NCBI GenBank assembly: GCA_002633005.1
Contig: NMRA01000130.1
Location: forward strand, 372,001-436,000
DNA length: 64,000 bases
Reading direction: 5' to 3'
DNA from: Phoronis australis
Lineage: Eukaryota; Animalia; Phoronida
The notes beneath the pieces are model-generated. The model was not told the origin of the DNA and did not search any database. It worked only from the letters and a program-made list of their open reading frames with translations. Both the position numbers and the translations under genes were made by a program. Shown piece after piece: positions 1 through 50,136 of the stretch (within the stretch, counting starts at the first letter, position 1; each line of letters begins with the position of its first letter).

Positions 1-679
1 TCAACATTGACAGTTAAACATCGGCAGAATGCCCTTGTGAAACACTTTTGAATACATTACCCCGCTTTTCACATTTAAGTTATTCACATTTTTACCTGTC
101 TTCTGCAATAAAAAGCAGAAGACGCACTAAAACCGATGTGAAAAGATTTATTATTCTTTTGAATGATTTGTGAAAGCTTGTGTTTAGGATAAGTTCAGTT
201 TTATGTGCATGGTGATGATAGCAACCTATTTATACATACGACCTATTTATACATACGTTAGGACTGATCAAATGCTCGTTCTCTACCACTGGTCTTGCAT
301 GGGGTGAATTTATTGCTAGTTATTTAAAGGAAGACCTGCCGAATGGTACATGGTTGGTAAGAGGTAGAGTTGGTATGTAAAATACCACTGCTAGGTTATG
401 GTTTTATGAATATACTGTGCTGATTTTATTCACAAGCGTGAAGATGTGAGAATCCACAGAGTTGACGTCACCAAGTAAATTTGTTTGTGTGTGCGTGTCA
501 GCGATGTCACTAAAATTAGCCCACGGCTTGTGATAAACTTTGAAAATGGAGATTTGAAGATGAATCGATGCTGTTGAAGGGTCTGTGGAGTACTGTGTGT
601 TTGTAACAGCCCTTGTTTAAAATCTCACCAATTTTGGACATAAATCATTTCAAAAAGTTTCCTTTGTCGTTTTTTCAAA

Positions 680-3562
680 GAATTCTAATGTGCCTAAAAA
701 ATTTGAAATCTGCGAAACTTGCGAAAAAGCAAAAAATTATCGGTGCCACATACTTTTTGTAGAAAAAATAAGATAAATTTCAACTGTTCCCAAAATTGTG
801 TCCTGAATCAGTGAGAGTTTACCATAGTCGCTACAGCTAAATAACTTTTATCATTGAGGTTAGAAGAAAAACGTTCTTTTTCATTGCAAGACATTTTAGC
901 TTACAGTAGTTGATTTTATGCAGTCAGGTGTAATTGCATTATGGGTAAACTGCATTTCCTCAATGGATTATCTCCAGTCTCAAAGTGGCTATTAACAATT
1001 ATATACTGAGAAAAACCGGCCAAACATCACTTGACACATTATTTGACTTTAGGAACATTTGAAATGGGACCGATTATTACCTCTAGGGACCATTTTCAAG
1101 AGCACATGAAGCTTAACGTATAATCTCACTATTTGGGACTTAATATAGCGGATGAGTGAAATTCTCTTTTTTCATGTAAGAGAGTCCAAATAAAATCTGA
1201 TATTTTTAAGCTCTATGGCACGTCTATCGAGGTGGATTTTCAGAACAAAATTAGAAGCCTTTAGAATATGAAAAATTATCAATTTTGCCAATAATATTAG
1301 TGCGAAATTAGGGAGATCTTACCATACACGTCATTTGCCTTTCCTCGCACAAGAGTGTTCAAGAATATAGGTATTGTCGAGGCGAAAACAACAAAGGTGA
1401 AAATTTTGTTTTGCTGCTCTATTAACTGTTACGAAAGTACAGTAAAACTTGAGTGTGACAACGTCCAAATCTTAAGCTGGCTGAGTGCACAAATGAGACA
1501 ACCCTGCCAATGAACTCTGTCTCGAGTAAAGTGAAAATCGGACTGTATTTATGACTTACTGGAGTTTCGCTGTACTTGAATGTTCCTGTCAAAGAATCAT
1601 GGCAGTATTAAGGCTAATGTTTGTTCTATCATTTTAATAGTGAAAAAGTAATAAGCTCTATGTTGAATATTGACGTTTTGCATCACCATTTTTATGACTT
1701 CAAAGAGGTACGCTAATAGGTAACTCCAATCCTGACCTTCCCTTGAGCATACGCTTTGTACATTTGTGAAATGGAATATTGAACAGTCCCTTTCATTTAT
1801 AAACAGAACAAAACCAGTAGGCAGCTTGCAACTACGGTACAACACACAAGGTGGCGTGAGCGTAACAAGAGTTCTACCTGTAGAAATGTATACATTCTGG
1901 GTAGAATTTCGTAGACGCAAGGATCTCACTAAGGAAGCTAGTGTGATCATGTGCTTCTTTTTTAGAACACGGCGATATCTCACGAAGTTTTGCGAGTTCT
2001 TGATTTTCCTGGAAGAAAGTAAATTTACGAAATGTACGTCAGATAATCATTTGAGATTAGACCTGTTGTTGAATNGAATTCTAATGTGCCTAAAAAATTT
2101 GAAATCTGCGAAACTTGCGAAAAAGCAAAAAAATTATCGGTGCCACATACTTTTTGTAGAAAAAATAAGATAAATTTCAACTGTTCCCAAAATTGTGTCC
2201 TGAATCAGTTAGAGTTTACCATAGTCACTACAGCTAAATAACTTTTATCATTGAGGTTAGAAGAAAAACGTTCTTTTTCATTGAAAGACATTTTAGCTTA
2301 CAGTAGTTGATTTTATGCAGTCAGGTGTAATTGCATCATGGGTAAACTGCATTTCCTCAATGGATTATCTCCAGTCTCAAAGTGGCTATTAACAATTATA
2401 TACTGAGAAAAACCGGCCAAACATCACTTGACACATTATTTGACTTTAGGAACGTTTGAAATGGGACCAATTATTACCTCTAGGGACCATTTTCAAGAAC
2501 GCATGAAGCTTAACGTATAATCTCACTATTTGGGACTTAATATAGCGGATGAGTGAAATTCTTTTTTCATGCAAGAGAGTCCAAATAAAATCTGATATTT
2601 TTAAGCTCTATGGCACGTCTATCGAGGTGGATTTTCAGAACAAAATTAGAAGCCTTTAGAATATGAAAAATTATCAATTTTGCCAATAATATTAGTGCGA
2701 AATTAGGGAGATCTTACCGTACACTTCATCTGCCTTTCCTCGCAAAAGAGTGTTCAAGAATATAGGTATTGTCGAGGAGAAAACAACAAAGGTGAAAATT
2801 TTGTTTTGCTGCTCTATTAACTGTTACAAAAGTACAGTAAAACTTGAGTATGACAACGTCCAAATCTTAAGCCGGCTGAGTGCACAAATGAGACAACCCT
2901 GCCAATGAACTCTGTCTCGAGTAAAGTGAAAATCGGACTGTATTTATGACTTACTGGAGTTTCGCTGTACTTGAATGTTCTCCATGATAGCAAGTAACAG
3001 CATATGTTCACGAAAACAACAACGGATTTAAAACTTGACATGTTTCGGTGTCATTTATTAAACTTGAATGTTCCTGTCAAAGAATCATGGCAGTATTAAG
3101 GCTAATGTTTGTTCTATCATTTTAATAGTGAAAAAGTAATAAGCTCTATGTTGAATATTGACGTTTTGCATCACCATTTTTATGACTTCAAAGAGGTACG
3201 CTAATAGGTAACTCCAATCCTGACCTTCCCTTGAGCATACGCTTTGTACATTTGTGAAATGGAATATTGAACAGTCCCTTTCATTTATAAACAGAACAAA
3301 ACCAGTAGGCAGCTTGCAACTACGGTACAACACACAAGGTGGCGTGAGCGTAACAAGAGTTCTACCTGTAGAAATGTATACATTCTGGGTAGAATTTCGT
3401 AGACGCAAGGATCTCACTAAGGAAGCTAGTGTGATCATGTGCTTCTTTTTTAGAACACGGCGATATCTCACGAAGTTTTGCGAGTTCTTGATTTTCCTGG
3501 AAGAAAGTAAATTTACGAAATGTACGTCAGATAATCATTTGAGATTAGACCTGTTGTTGAAT
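680..3562. repeat. Near-identical tandem duplicate (680-2074 and 2076-3562) joined at a single N
   Basis: Colinear copies with scattered SNPs and a 93-bp indel; N at 2075 exactly at the junction. Confidence 0.9.
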
Positions 3563-4069
3563 TTGTAGCTTCTGATGGAGTGCAATTCACTCTACCTCTC
3601 AAACGGGTGTCAAAAATGGCTGCAGCGGTGTCAGCTTACTCCGGGTCAGTCGTGTTTAAACATACATTTGGTCCCAATCAGCTGCGTGACAACTGTCCCC
3701 CGTGTAAATGTGACTTAAGTCTCTCATTACAATTATGCAACCTATAATAAAATCTCACCAAATTCAGACAAAAGTAATTGCCAAAAATTGTTTTTTTTGT
3801 TTCATTTTTCAAGGGCTTCTAACACTGTTGTGAATGCCCACAAACTTTCAAAACATTGATGGTAGTTGCGGTGCAAGACCTGAACAAAGAAAACCATTTA
3901 ATTTGGCGCTACATATCTTTCTTGGAAAAGTGGCAAAAAATTTAACTTGTCGGCCATATTGTGTCCTAAATTGGTGAGAATTTAGCGTATTGTGTCGTAT
4001 TCATTTTACTTTGTTTCATGATTTTTTCTCATTGACAAAACGTTCACCATCATTGTCTTAAGCACCCTG

Positions 4070-4502
4070 CGCCCGGTTGCACGAAACAATCCCAAATAGG
4101 GACTCCACCAAGTTCCCTAAATCTACTGTATATCTGTAGGCTTGTGAAAACACTGAATGTCCTTTCTTATGCAGTTTGAGTATCATTACTAGGCCAATTT
4201 TTGGCTTTGATACAAATTGATAGTGAACTCTACATAGAATTCACAGTATTATTGAAAATAAGTAGGGATCTTTTCACGCAACGCCCCTAATTTAAGGACT
4301 AAGTCCGTAATTGTTTTGATTGAAAAAAGGGTTCAGTTTTTAGTTATATTATTAGAAAATGTCATTTAGTTAAGGAGGAGCTCATAACAAAGGTAAAATG
4401 ATAGAAATACATTACATACGTGAGTTATGAACAAAACAAACATGCGAAACATTTAGGGAACTAGTTGAGTCCCTAATAAGGAGTGTTTCATGCAACCGGC
4501 CA
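4070..4502. mobile_element. MITE, PIF/Harbinger-like
   Basis: About 50-bp imperfect TIRs (CCGGTTGCAyGAAACA...GTTCCCTAAAT), 3-bp flanking duplication CTG. Confidence 0.75.
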
Positions 4503-7148
4503 CTGAAGTCCAAAAAATTGATGTTTCGACACAATTGTCTATAGCTATTTTTCTAAAGGATATCCATTTACGTTATTAGCAAAAGTCATTAGAATGATAG
4601 AAATTGCTAGACCCAATAAATTTATTTGCTGCAGACTGTATTAATGATTGTTTTTCTTTTAATCAATCACCTAAATTATATAGAGCGAACTGCGTATTAT
4701 TTTCTATTACCAGGGCCTGTGGGGATTGAACCGGAATTTTAACAGTCTGTTTTCTTAGCTAGCATTACCGAGTTCTGTGCATTTGTATGCTCTTTTATTG
4801 AAGTGATTTTCATTGTCTAATTAATGTGGTTTTCATATTAGTGAGACTCTGGTCTGTAAAAACTCCACCACATCTCTTTTTATCTTTCCCCTAACCCTCT
4901 CTAAAGTTTCCTCTAGTTCTAGGGATTAAACACCAGATGGCATATTTGTTCACCTTCTCTATTGAATACCTGTGTTGCATGTTGTGACTGCTCGTGATTA
5001 CTCCCACAATCGTTTGGACTGCAGCGGAGCTGCGCAGCTCTGCAGTTTAATCCACCTTGGTAGGTTTAAACTGACCGAAACTCCGCAAAACAAGGGAGTT
5101 GTAGCTTTAATGGTAAAGCAACCAGGGCACTCAATCTCTCCATTTTGGGGCCGAATATCAGCCCCATTCCACTCTGAAAAATATTGAAAAAATCACTTGA
5201 AATTCTTGTCACGAGGCCCAAATATTCCCCTCAAGTGATTGAAAAATTCCCCTCGAGCTTCGAATCACTTGTAGTTCACACAGGTGACTATTTGAAAGAG
5301 CACAAAATGTTAGTTTTGGCTACTCGAGGCAGAGCCCATGAGAGCTTACAACAGAGTGGGGTGCTATTGGTGGTCATCAGGAGGTAGAATTTCCCCTTCA
5401 CCCGAAAGAATTCCCCTGGTATCAGACAGCACAGTCACCTTTTCCCTTGCATGAACGAGGGACCTGGCAACATATACCCTGTAGTATTTTCCCATACTAG
5501 TCATGACAACTGGAAAACTATCAGGCCACGTACTGGTGTGTGTTTAACCAATCTTTATGGAGCTCTCCACATCTTCAGGGTATTGAGCTCCCCACATCTT
5601 CAGGGTATCAATTAGTTACTAAAGTAATCCATGTAGTTCACGGCTCAAACGCCAATCATAGGGATTATGGGTATTTTTAGGAAATGTCATCATGTACGCC
5701 AATTATTGTCATTATAGTTCTCCTTGGGTCCTCAAAACCATTGTTCATTCACTGAGGGGTCCACCAAGAATAAATAAATTTTGATAATTTATAGTAATTT
5801 CTTGATCTTCGTCATTCACGTGACTAGCTTGAAACAGTGGCTGATAATGAAATTTATTCAACAAGAGGACTAAATATTGTAGATGGACTTTACAAAGAAT
5901 TAGTGCACTTAATGGTACTCATTGCTTTTTGCATGTTCCTCTAGTAGGGTGGCATGCCCCTCTGTCTGGTGCCTCCTCAGTATTTTCTGTTCTAGCAGTA
6001 ACACATATTCAGTTACAACTGATGTTTGAGTAACAAACGTGAATTCAGATATTTCTAGAGGTTTCACTTAAGTGTTTCCAGAACTCTTAAGTCCCCTTAA
6101 AACAGCGGGTGGTAGTAGATCTTGCACTGTAGCACATCAACTATATTCAGACCTTACGGTATTATGTAGTATGCCAATGTTCGTTGTGGTTAAATTTCTT
6201 GTTGTGGTTTTTATTTTCTGATTTTGCCTATAGCATAGTACTCTTGGCAGTTTGTGACATCCTACATCGCTGTTCAGATGAGACTTAGATGACGGTCGCT
6301 GCAAGGTGAACTATTCACTTAGGTCAATGGCTGGCTAACAGTGAATGGCAACGCTGCAGTTTCATAAGTCATTAATAGAAATCATTAATGCATATTGTTA
6401 AACTCGAGAGATGAGGGAGATAATCAAAAAAGCCAAGTATTGATGACGGACAGTTTATGCTAATAAGGAAGTGATCAAGCAGCTTTCTGGAACCGAGTTA
6501 AAAAATTTATTAAAACGACCTCCAGTTTTAGGCATATACAAATTGGACATAACTGGAGTTCTTCAAGTGGTTGAGATTATGACCCATGAACTCCTGTGTT
6601 AAAATGTATTTTTGATTTGTGATGTTTAAAGTATAAAAAAGTGCAGTTGTAGTCAGTCTCTGTATTAGGCAAGAACACGTATTGTTCAGCAATAACTCAG
6701 TATCGACATGGTGTATGAAAATCGCGTTCACCATATCTGTCAGAGGAATACTCTATAATTGTACAGTCTCATCAAAATATTTATCAGTGAATGAATTAGT
6801 ATTTCAATAACGGGGGAGGGGTGAAATCAGAAAACCTTTGTAGTATTGTCATGATTTGCATACTTCTCATTAAGGCCCAGATTGACGCCATCTTTGATCT
6901 AGAATTGTTATGTAATTGATCTGCGAACCATTCAGTGGTGATAAAATTAGAAAGTACTCTGACTTATTAATGATATCATGACTTGAATTGGAGGTCTGCC
7001 ATTTTCATTTCTCGTGTTCTGCCTGTCGGTCACGATTTCTTCCAATTGATCACCAAGCCATTGCTGTTATGAACTTACAGTAGTTCAACGTTTCAACGTT
7101 TGGTGTTCGTTGTTCATTGTTCTGAAAAACATCACTCTTCGGCTATAT

Positions 7149-7286
7149 TGTAATGAGAAATCGAAGAACAAGTGCTATGATTAAAAACTCCCAACGTTTC
7201 GCTTTTTTCTGATAATGCTTTTAGAAATAAAGCGAAACGTTCTGGAGATTTTGATTATAGTGCTTGTTCTTCCATTTCTCATTGTG
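7149..7286. repeat. Long foldback palindrome (about 60-bp arms)
   Basis: AATGAGAAATCGAAGAACAAG...CGTTTCGCTTT / AAAGCGAAACG...CTTGTTCTTCCATTTCTCATT. Confidence 0.85.
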
Positions 7287-8645
7287 CGATTTGTTGAGAC
7301 ATTTATTTACGTTGTGACCAAGAGTCTTTATTTGTGTTGCAGTATCCTTGAAGGTGATTACTTGGTCTTCTCCTCCATTAGTACATATTAAGTACTGTAA
7401 AAATTTCCAATTTGGGACAGTGAAAAATTATTTCGCTAAACACCAGAGCTTGTACCAAATTTTAGATATAGGCACTAATGGTCGTCCCTAATTCAAGAAT
7501 TAGAGTTACCGTTCACAACCTCACCTTGATGTTACTATACACAATATATGGTCTTATGAAAGTGTGACGTCATTGGCTGTTTTCGACAGTTTTATTAACT
7601 GTCGTGTCTGTTTTCAGACTCTGTTGATACAAAACGCTGTGTCTGATGTATGAGAATTATGGTGAATGCCAACATACCCCACACCTCAATCTTCAGCATC
7701 AAGAAAATTCTATTTCGCCTTGAATTTCGATATTCCAAAGTTGACAGACTGTCCTAAATTGGAGAGTTTTTACCGTACCGTGAAAGCGCTCTGTTATCGG
7801 TGGCTGATAGTCTAGGTTACACTGTGTTGCACCACCAATGTAATGATGTTTTTGCAGCTTGGTGTCAAGTATGCACCTGGTTATAAGCATACACGCCACT
7901 ACCATATTCAACTATTTGAATGGTCAATTTTTTTGGACATGGGCATGCTGTAATGCATATTTCTTACCATTTTGGTTCGTAAATATATTTGCAATGAAAT
8001 TGTGTGATTTGCTCATGACATTCGTAGTCAAACTTGAGCAATTTGATGTTTTCTTTGAAATGGACTGTTTTTACAATAGATTGGTAGTGGGTTTACTTGT
8101 AATGCATCAAAATCCTTTCAAACTATTTCAGTTGTTGCGTAACTGTAGACACAATTTTTATCTCCTTTCAGGTGCTGTGTAAAAGCCGTGTGAACACAAA
8201 AAGAAGACTATTTCAGCCGCAGTTGCTGCGAACAATTTATACTAATAGACATTACGAATACATAAAGGATGGTAGTATACCTCCAGGGACTCCCACACTG
8301 CGTTGGAGGTTTAATGTAAACAGACGATGTAGAAAACATGTTTTGAAGTCAAGTATACCATGTTAATTTGGTTAAATTGTCGTTGGACGAGAAAACTGCA
8401 CACTGAGTGCCAATCATTGCTAGTCTTCTGGGACAGATCATGCTGTTATGGGCTTCAAGTGACTTTGGTTATAGACTAAGAAATAAAACAACAACAAAGC
8501 TGTGATCTACGTGACAGGTTTTGAACTGAATTTGTGGCGGGAGACAGACGTCTGCTCATAGGTCTGCTCATATTGACCTGTTCTGACGAGTTGATTTTGA
8601 ATGGGATTGATGTTCTGGAACTGAGTTGGTTTGCACGCCCCCAAG

Positions 8646-44714
<36,069 letters not shown>

Positions 44715-46568
44715 TCGAAACGTGCACTTTAAATTACTAGCTGTCACTCTAGTCCAGGGCTGAGTTCCGTAGATGCAAGAATCTCGCAAAAAAACGTAAG
44801 ACCTTGAGAGATGTCGTCAGGCATTTCAACTGAAGCACGTGATGGCGGTAGCTTTTCTCGCGAGTGTCTGTGGTCTAGGGAATGCAGCCCTGTTTTTATC
44901 TCAGTTGAATTGGGAGTGCAATATTTAACGGCTGACAGAACAATTCCACGTCTTTTTTATCCCTGTGCTATTCTGCATGAGGGATGTTTGTAACAGAGTA
45001 AGGATGAGGGAATCTCTACCAAACCATTTTTAAAACTTGCCTGTTGTTGGCTAATTGCAAAAATTGTACATAAACAAAATTTTTAAATATTTTGTTTAAA
45101 CTAATTTTTAAGTTTTAAAAAGTCTCGATTTAGCTAGCAAGCTCTAGAATTCTGCAGAATATTGGAAATTTTTCTGCATTTTATCTGACTTCTCATGACA
45201 ACTCTGAACTTGTGTACGATATTTCATGAGTGCAAGTCTTATGTGATCTTAAATTCATGTTGACGTAAACCTGTAATGAAATTTTAGATGCCAGTTATAA
45301 GCAATAGATCACTGGATACAAGAACAACTCTTGAACAGTATTTTTAATCAGGTCTATTTTGAAATAATTTTAGCTCATTGTCGATATACTGTCATTTGCT
45401 TTTAGGCTTGAATTAATTCTATGTTTTGTGATGCTAACCAAAACGTACTGACTGTATCAAATTATATTTAATCTATTGCGTGAGTGAACAAAGTGGCCTG
45501 CTAGTTAGGTGTTTTTCTTCATTCTTTTAACGTTTGCTTAGACAGACATTGTCCAATAATTTTGGTACGCATGGTTAACAAAAAAATGTAAAGGTCTCTG
45601 TGACAAATGTATGTTTTCTGCTGTTTTAGCAATAATGTGTCCTTACCATGTAACCAATGTTTGGCGTATCGATTTGTATTGTCACACTGCTGCAGTTTCG
45701 GATGTGAAAGCAGTGTGTGGGTTGGGAATTCTGAGTAATTTATTGCTACTTTCTATTCAAACAAAGGCTAAGAACACAATGATGTCGTTGTGGAAGGACA
45801 AATATACCTGTGAAGAAAGTCCGTGATTTTAACACCAATTATGAAGCATAGTGGCTTTACAGGAACATTCTTGAACAGAAAAACAATTTTACACCTGTCA
45901 GCAGTAGCATGGAATCGAACCCACTTCCTCCGTAGTAGCAGCATAATACTGTACATGTCAAATAGCGGAGTATTTTAAACATATTTAAATGGCACAAATA
46001 CCAGCCTCGATTTCAGCGAATGTCTGGCAGACAACGATGAGAATTGACAATTTGTAATAAATCGCAACACAACAGATTGTGTTTTATATCAACTTCAAGA
46101 AGTCTATCCAATTTTATAATAAGCCCAAAATTATGTTTTTCTTCTGCAAAAACGATGTCCTTTTAAACATGCGTACCAAAATTTTGGGGCATGGTATTCT
46201 GGTGCTTCGAGGTATTCTTAACAAAGTGGCAGAAATTTTTATATTAGTTTTAAAATAAGGAAGTACAGATTTACAGTACACTTTGTATTTCGAGGCTTAC
46301 ATGTTTTATGTTTATGAATTTTTCTTGTGTATTTAATTGGATTTTATGTAAAGCTGCGTTCATTTATGTGTGTGTATTCATGTCCGTCTCTTAGGAGGAT
46401 AATTGTGTGGGAAGCTGGTCTCCAAATCACAATTGTCTGAAGACAACATTATGTTTCTGCACGAGACTGTGGATTAATTGTTTAGGTGCCACAGTACATT
46501 TTGTGTTGACCACATGGTGGGTTAAGGTATATGAATAAAAGAAATATTAGCTATGGCTGTTATCAACG

Positions 46569-46925
46569 TTAAAAGGATATTAAACCCCGTTTTGGTGATT
46601 TCAATCAAGTCCTTGTTCTGCCATTTGCTAATGCATCACTGGCGCCCCCCATGAGCGATAAAAGCAGAAATCGAGTAAAAGTAAAAATTTTTACTCTGAG
46701 TCACAAATTGGACATTATTGTTCTTGGTGGGTGGTCTTTCCTACAGTTGTGTAACTCGGCTGAAGCCTTAGGTCGCGCAGACCTTGTCAGGAGTTTACAA
46801 ATTTCGCTCCAAACTTTTTAGAGTTGTCAAGGGTTACAAAGCATTATTTTGTTTCAGAGAACTGCATGGAAAAGTCGTTTTCAATATCTGTTTATAGGCC
46901 AAATCCAGGTTTGATATCCTTTCAA
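46569..46925. mobile_element. Kolobok-like MITE (TTAA-AAGGATA ends) in putative DGK 3' UTR
   Basis: TIRs AAGGATATTAAACC / GGTTTGATATCCTT; body shared with 56059-56395, 61454-61812 and truncated 22876-23110. Confidence 0.75.
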
Positions 46926-48362
46926 ATTACAGTGAAGTTCGTGTTAGTTGGATACATTGCTCAACTTGGTAAAGTTCTGCAGTATGGTTGTTTTAGGCCT
47001 TACACTAAAGTTGTATTTCATCTTACTTTAATACGATCTCTCCTTCTGATATGATTAGACTTGTAATAAGTTTTGTTGTATTGTCCAGTTGTTTTTAAGG
47101 AGCTTCATTTTTTTAGTACTTTTGCTGTTTAAATTGGAATTACAGAATGTATGTACCTTTTGAAGAAATCGGATTTAGTCTTGGCTTGAAACTAATAAGC
47201 TTGAACATGTGCATTCTTTTAGTATGGAAGTGGTTTGTGGAGGATAATACTGTGTGTGTAGATATCTGCTGTGTGTGGAAGTTAATTTAGTCTAGTCAAA
47301 GTAGCATAGTAATGTAGTAGTCGCTTGCCTTTCGTCGAAATCTTCTAACTTCTTAAAGTTATACTAAGCGCTGTTTTGGTAATTTGACTATTGCATTGGG
47401 ACTTTATGTTTCACTCAGTGTCTAATGTCAAATGTTTTAACTCGTGTCTTCACAAAAAATCGAGTTGTGACATGGTGTTTAACTCGAACACACTCGTTTT
47501 TCTACGGTTATACTCGGAATGGAGCTTATAGGTGTTGAACGAACTGTTACTTTCGTATTAAGTTGGCCAATTTTGACCTTCCAGTGTAGCGCTCAGTATG
47601 ACTTTAACTTGTTCAGACATGAACAGACTACCCAACTACATTCCTTAGGTTAAGATGTCGAAATGCGATTGTTTCAAAAAATTTTGTATTAACTAGTTTT
47701 CTAACTAGGGGTTCTAATGTGCGATTGATACAAGTATAGTTGAAAACAACAATTTGGCTTCTGAAGCTCAAATCGGAGGTCACGTGTTTCTGTACTTTGC
47801 AGTAGGCAATAGAGGTCCCTGTATATCGGAAGTTTTTCACACCTCCCTATACGCGTTTGCGCTGGTTATGTACCAAATCTCTGGCGATGAATGTGTCTGG
47901 TCATAGATCCATAAATATTTGTGTAGTATATGCATTGGTTCTCTTCATTGTCTAAATGTGTTTTGATCACTTATTGTAGTGTGCCAACACAAGAGGGCGC
48001 TGAGCGAGCTAGAATTAGCAGGAGCCAGTGTTAGCTTCAACCATTCTTACATTTAGTGAAACTTTACTACCAACTTTCAAAAATTTTGCTAATATATCTT
48101 AAAAATGTTTCTGTTTTATGGAAAGCTTAATCACAATGCATTTTAATCTAATCTTAGTTGGCAGTTTTCTAATCTAAAGCCTTATAATGCTGCTGGTGTG
48201 AAATTGTATGACTGGAGTGCTGGTTTTCTCAGATTTGATTTTGAATAAGCTGTATAAATGTGAAAGGCACTGGGAATATACTTGGTATGACTTTATGAAA
48301 ATCTCATTTTGTTCTTTTTCGGTGATTGTTTACTTTTAACATCTGTATTATTATTTTTTCTA

Positions 48363-48368
48363 AATAAA
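48363..48368 (+). terminator. Candidate distal polyadenylation signal of DGK
   Basis: AATAAA ending a long T-rich stretch; other AATAAA at 46056 and 46534. Confidence 0.35.
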
Positions 48369-49696
48369 GTCTGCTTCTTTCATAATATTTAAGCTGCGTA
48401 GTTTTCATAATACGGTACCTGCGAGGGTATTACTCATTAAAAACAAGGAGATTTTGAGACATCCAGTTGAGAAATCACAGATGAAATTTGAATGTAATAC
48501 GACAAATAAAACTTACTAAAGTTAGCGACGTTACGTCCGTCTCTCACGGACTTCAGCTTGGCTATTGATGTTATTGTTATTCTGGCTAATAGGTGGCGTT
48601 TTACTCATTGGCTTGTCATTGGGAGCTCCTGAAACAAGAGCGGGTTTATACCCACATGCCTATAACAATGTTTGTGGGTATGCCCATGGACTCGTGTTGC
48701 ACATTCAGTGAAGTGGCGGCACTGTTGGCATGTGCGTTTCTAGACACGTTTTCACTAGTCCATCTAGAGACTGTGCAAGCAAGAGAAGATAGATTTGATG
48801 TGGAGTGAAATGTAAGAGATCTCTTGCTTAAGCAGTTTTTACAGGAGGAGCAGTTCAGTTGTCATGGCAAACTTCCTCCACTTAAGTCGCATTAATACGA
48901 CATTAGATCGCAACTGGATCAGCATACAGTCACTTATAAAGACTGTGCATGGTTTCAAAAACAATAGCAAACGTCCAAACCTCCTGGAATGCTAGGGACT
49001 GACTGGTATATACGCTACTATGAGAACGTAATGGAGACGATTTCTTTCGCCTTGCCCCAGTTTGTGTTTAGACGTGTATTTGAAACTGGAGAAACTGATC
49101 GAGTGCAACTAGCTCAACCTCTCAAAGCGACATCAAAAAGGATGCCGCGTGATCAGTGATCAGTGATCAGCCATTCTGTGTTAGTTGCTCCATGACCATT
49201 TTCTCCAGTGTGTAAATGCAGCTTTATACCCAAGCAAGTGGGCTTTAAGTCAAGAGAATATGGGTTTGGCTTATACCCATGTGGTAGGTCTGATACGCAA
49301 GATGAACCCAAAACTAGGGGTCGGAATACACCGGGGGTTGGCTTGTACACAAGAGTAACCCAAAGCTGGGGGGTTGTACCTTAGTGATTAGATACAGTAA
49401 ACAACACTTGTACGTGACGGCTTAACAATATCCACATCAAGACAGTGGGAAGCCATTTTGATACTGGATAAATTTCATGTGCACAGTAATTCCTTATGTG
49501 CCAACTAAGACTAGAATTGACTGTTTGCTGCCATGAAATCGAGCTGTGTTCTAGTTTAAGGTTATGTAGGACAAGAAAGAAATGTACAAATTTTGCTAAC
49601 TTCGGAACAGCATATCCTCCATAACCGTAAGTTCAACAACTATGAGTCGTACTTTATCGCCAAGCTGGGCCCATTAAGTCATTTTTAGCTTAAAAG

Positions 49697-49702
49697 TTTA
49701 TT
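49697..49702 (-). terminator. Candidate polyadenylation signal of ORC4
   Basis: AATAAA on minus strand about 180 nt after the ORC4 stop. Confidence 0.5.
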
Positions 49703-49882
49703 TTGAAAAATAGTGAGTATTGTTGATTTACACAAGTCACGACATGATGTACTCAGAGCGCCATCGTATTGATACGGGCTATGGACTGGGGATGGTTATA
49801 TCAAAAAAGTTAATTTTCATTTCTTCAGATACCCAGTGTACCACAAATCAAATTACGACCTTCAGGAACAAAATAACGACCT

Positions 49883-50136
49883 TCAATGGGTCACCACTGT
49901 GCTTCCTGCCCACTGCTTAATTTCTGTGGGACATGACGGGTATTTTTGGAGAGCTTCTGTAATTTCTGACGAGTCCACCAGGAGTGCCACTAGTCTGTAT
50001 TCTTTCTGAATACGTGAACCACTATTGTCTAAGGGTCTGACCAGTTCCAGAGCCATTAAATGTTCAAATGCCTTCAAGATGACGGGTTTTTCAAACATCT
50101 GCCACGATGACTTCGTATCAGCAAACTTTTTGTATA
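49883..50136 (-). CDS. ORC4: ORC4 terminal exon (VYKKFADTK...KAFEHL...[21 protein letters not shown])
   Basis: ttgtag acceptor on minus, stop at 49883-49885. Confidence 0.92.

Noticed and set aside
1597-3568. Duplicated 104-135 aa ORFs on both strands
   Set aside because: They lie in repeat-derived sequence within the duplicated block; no recognisable domain or splice support.
8601-8624. 7-codon upstream ORF in frame with the DGK start
   Set aside because: Short uORFs are common by chance and the 5' UTR structure is unknown.
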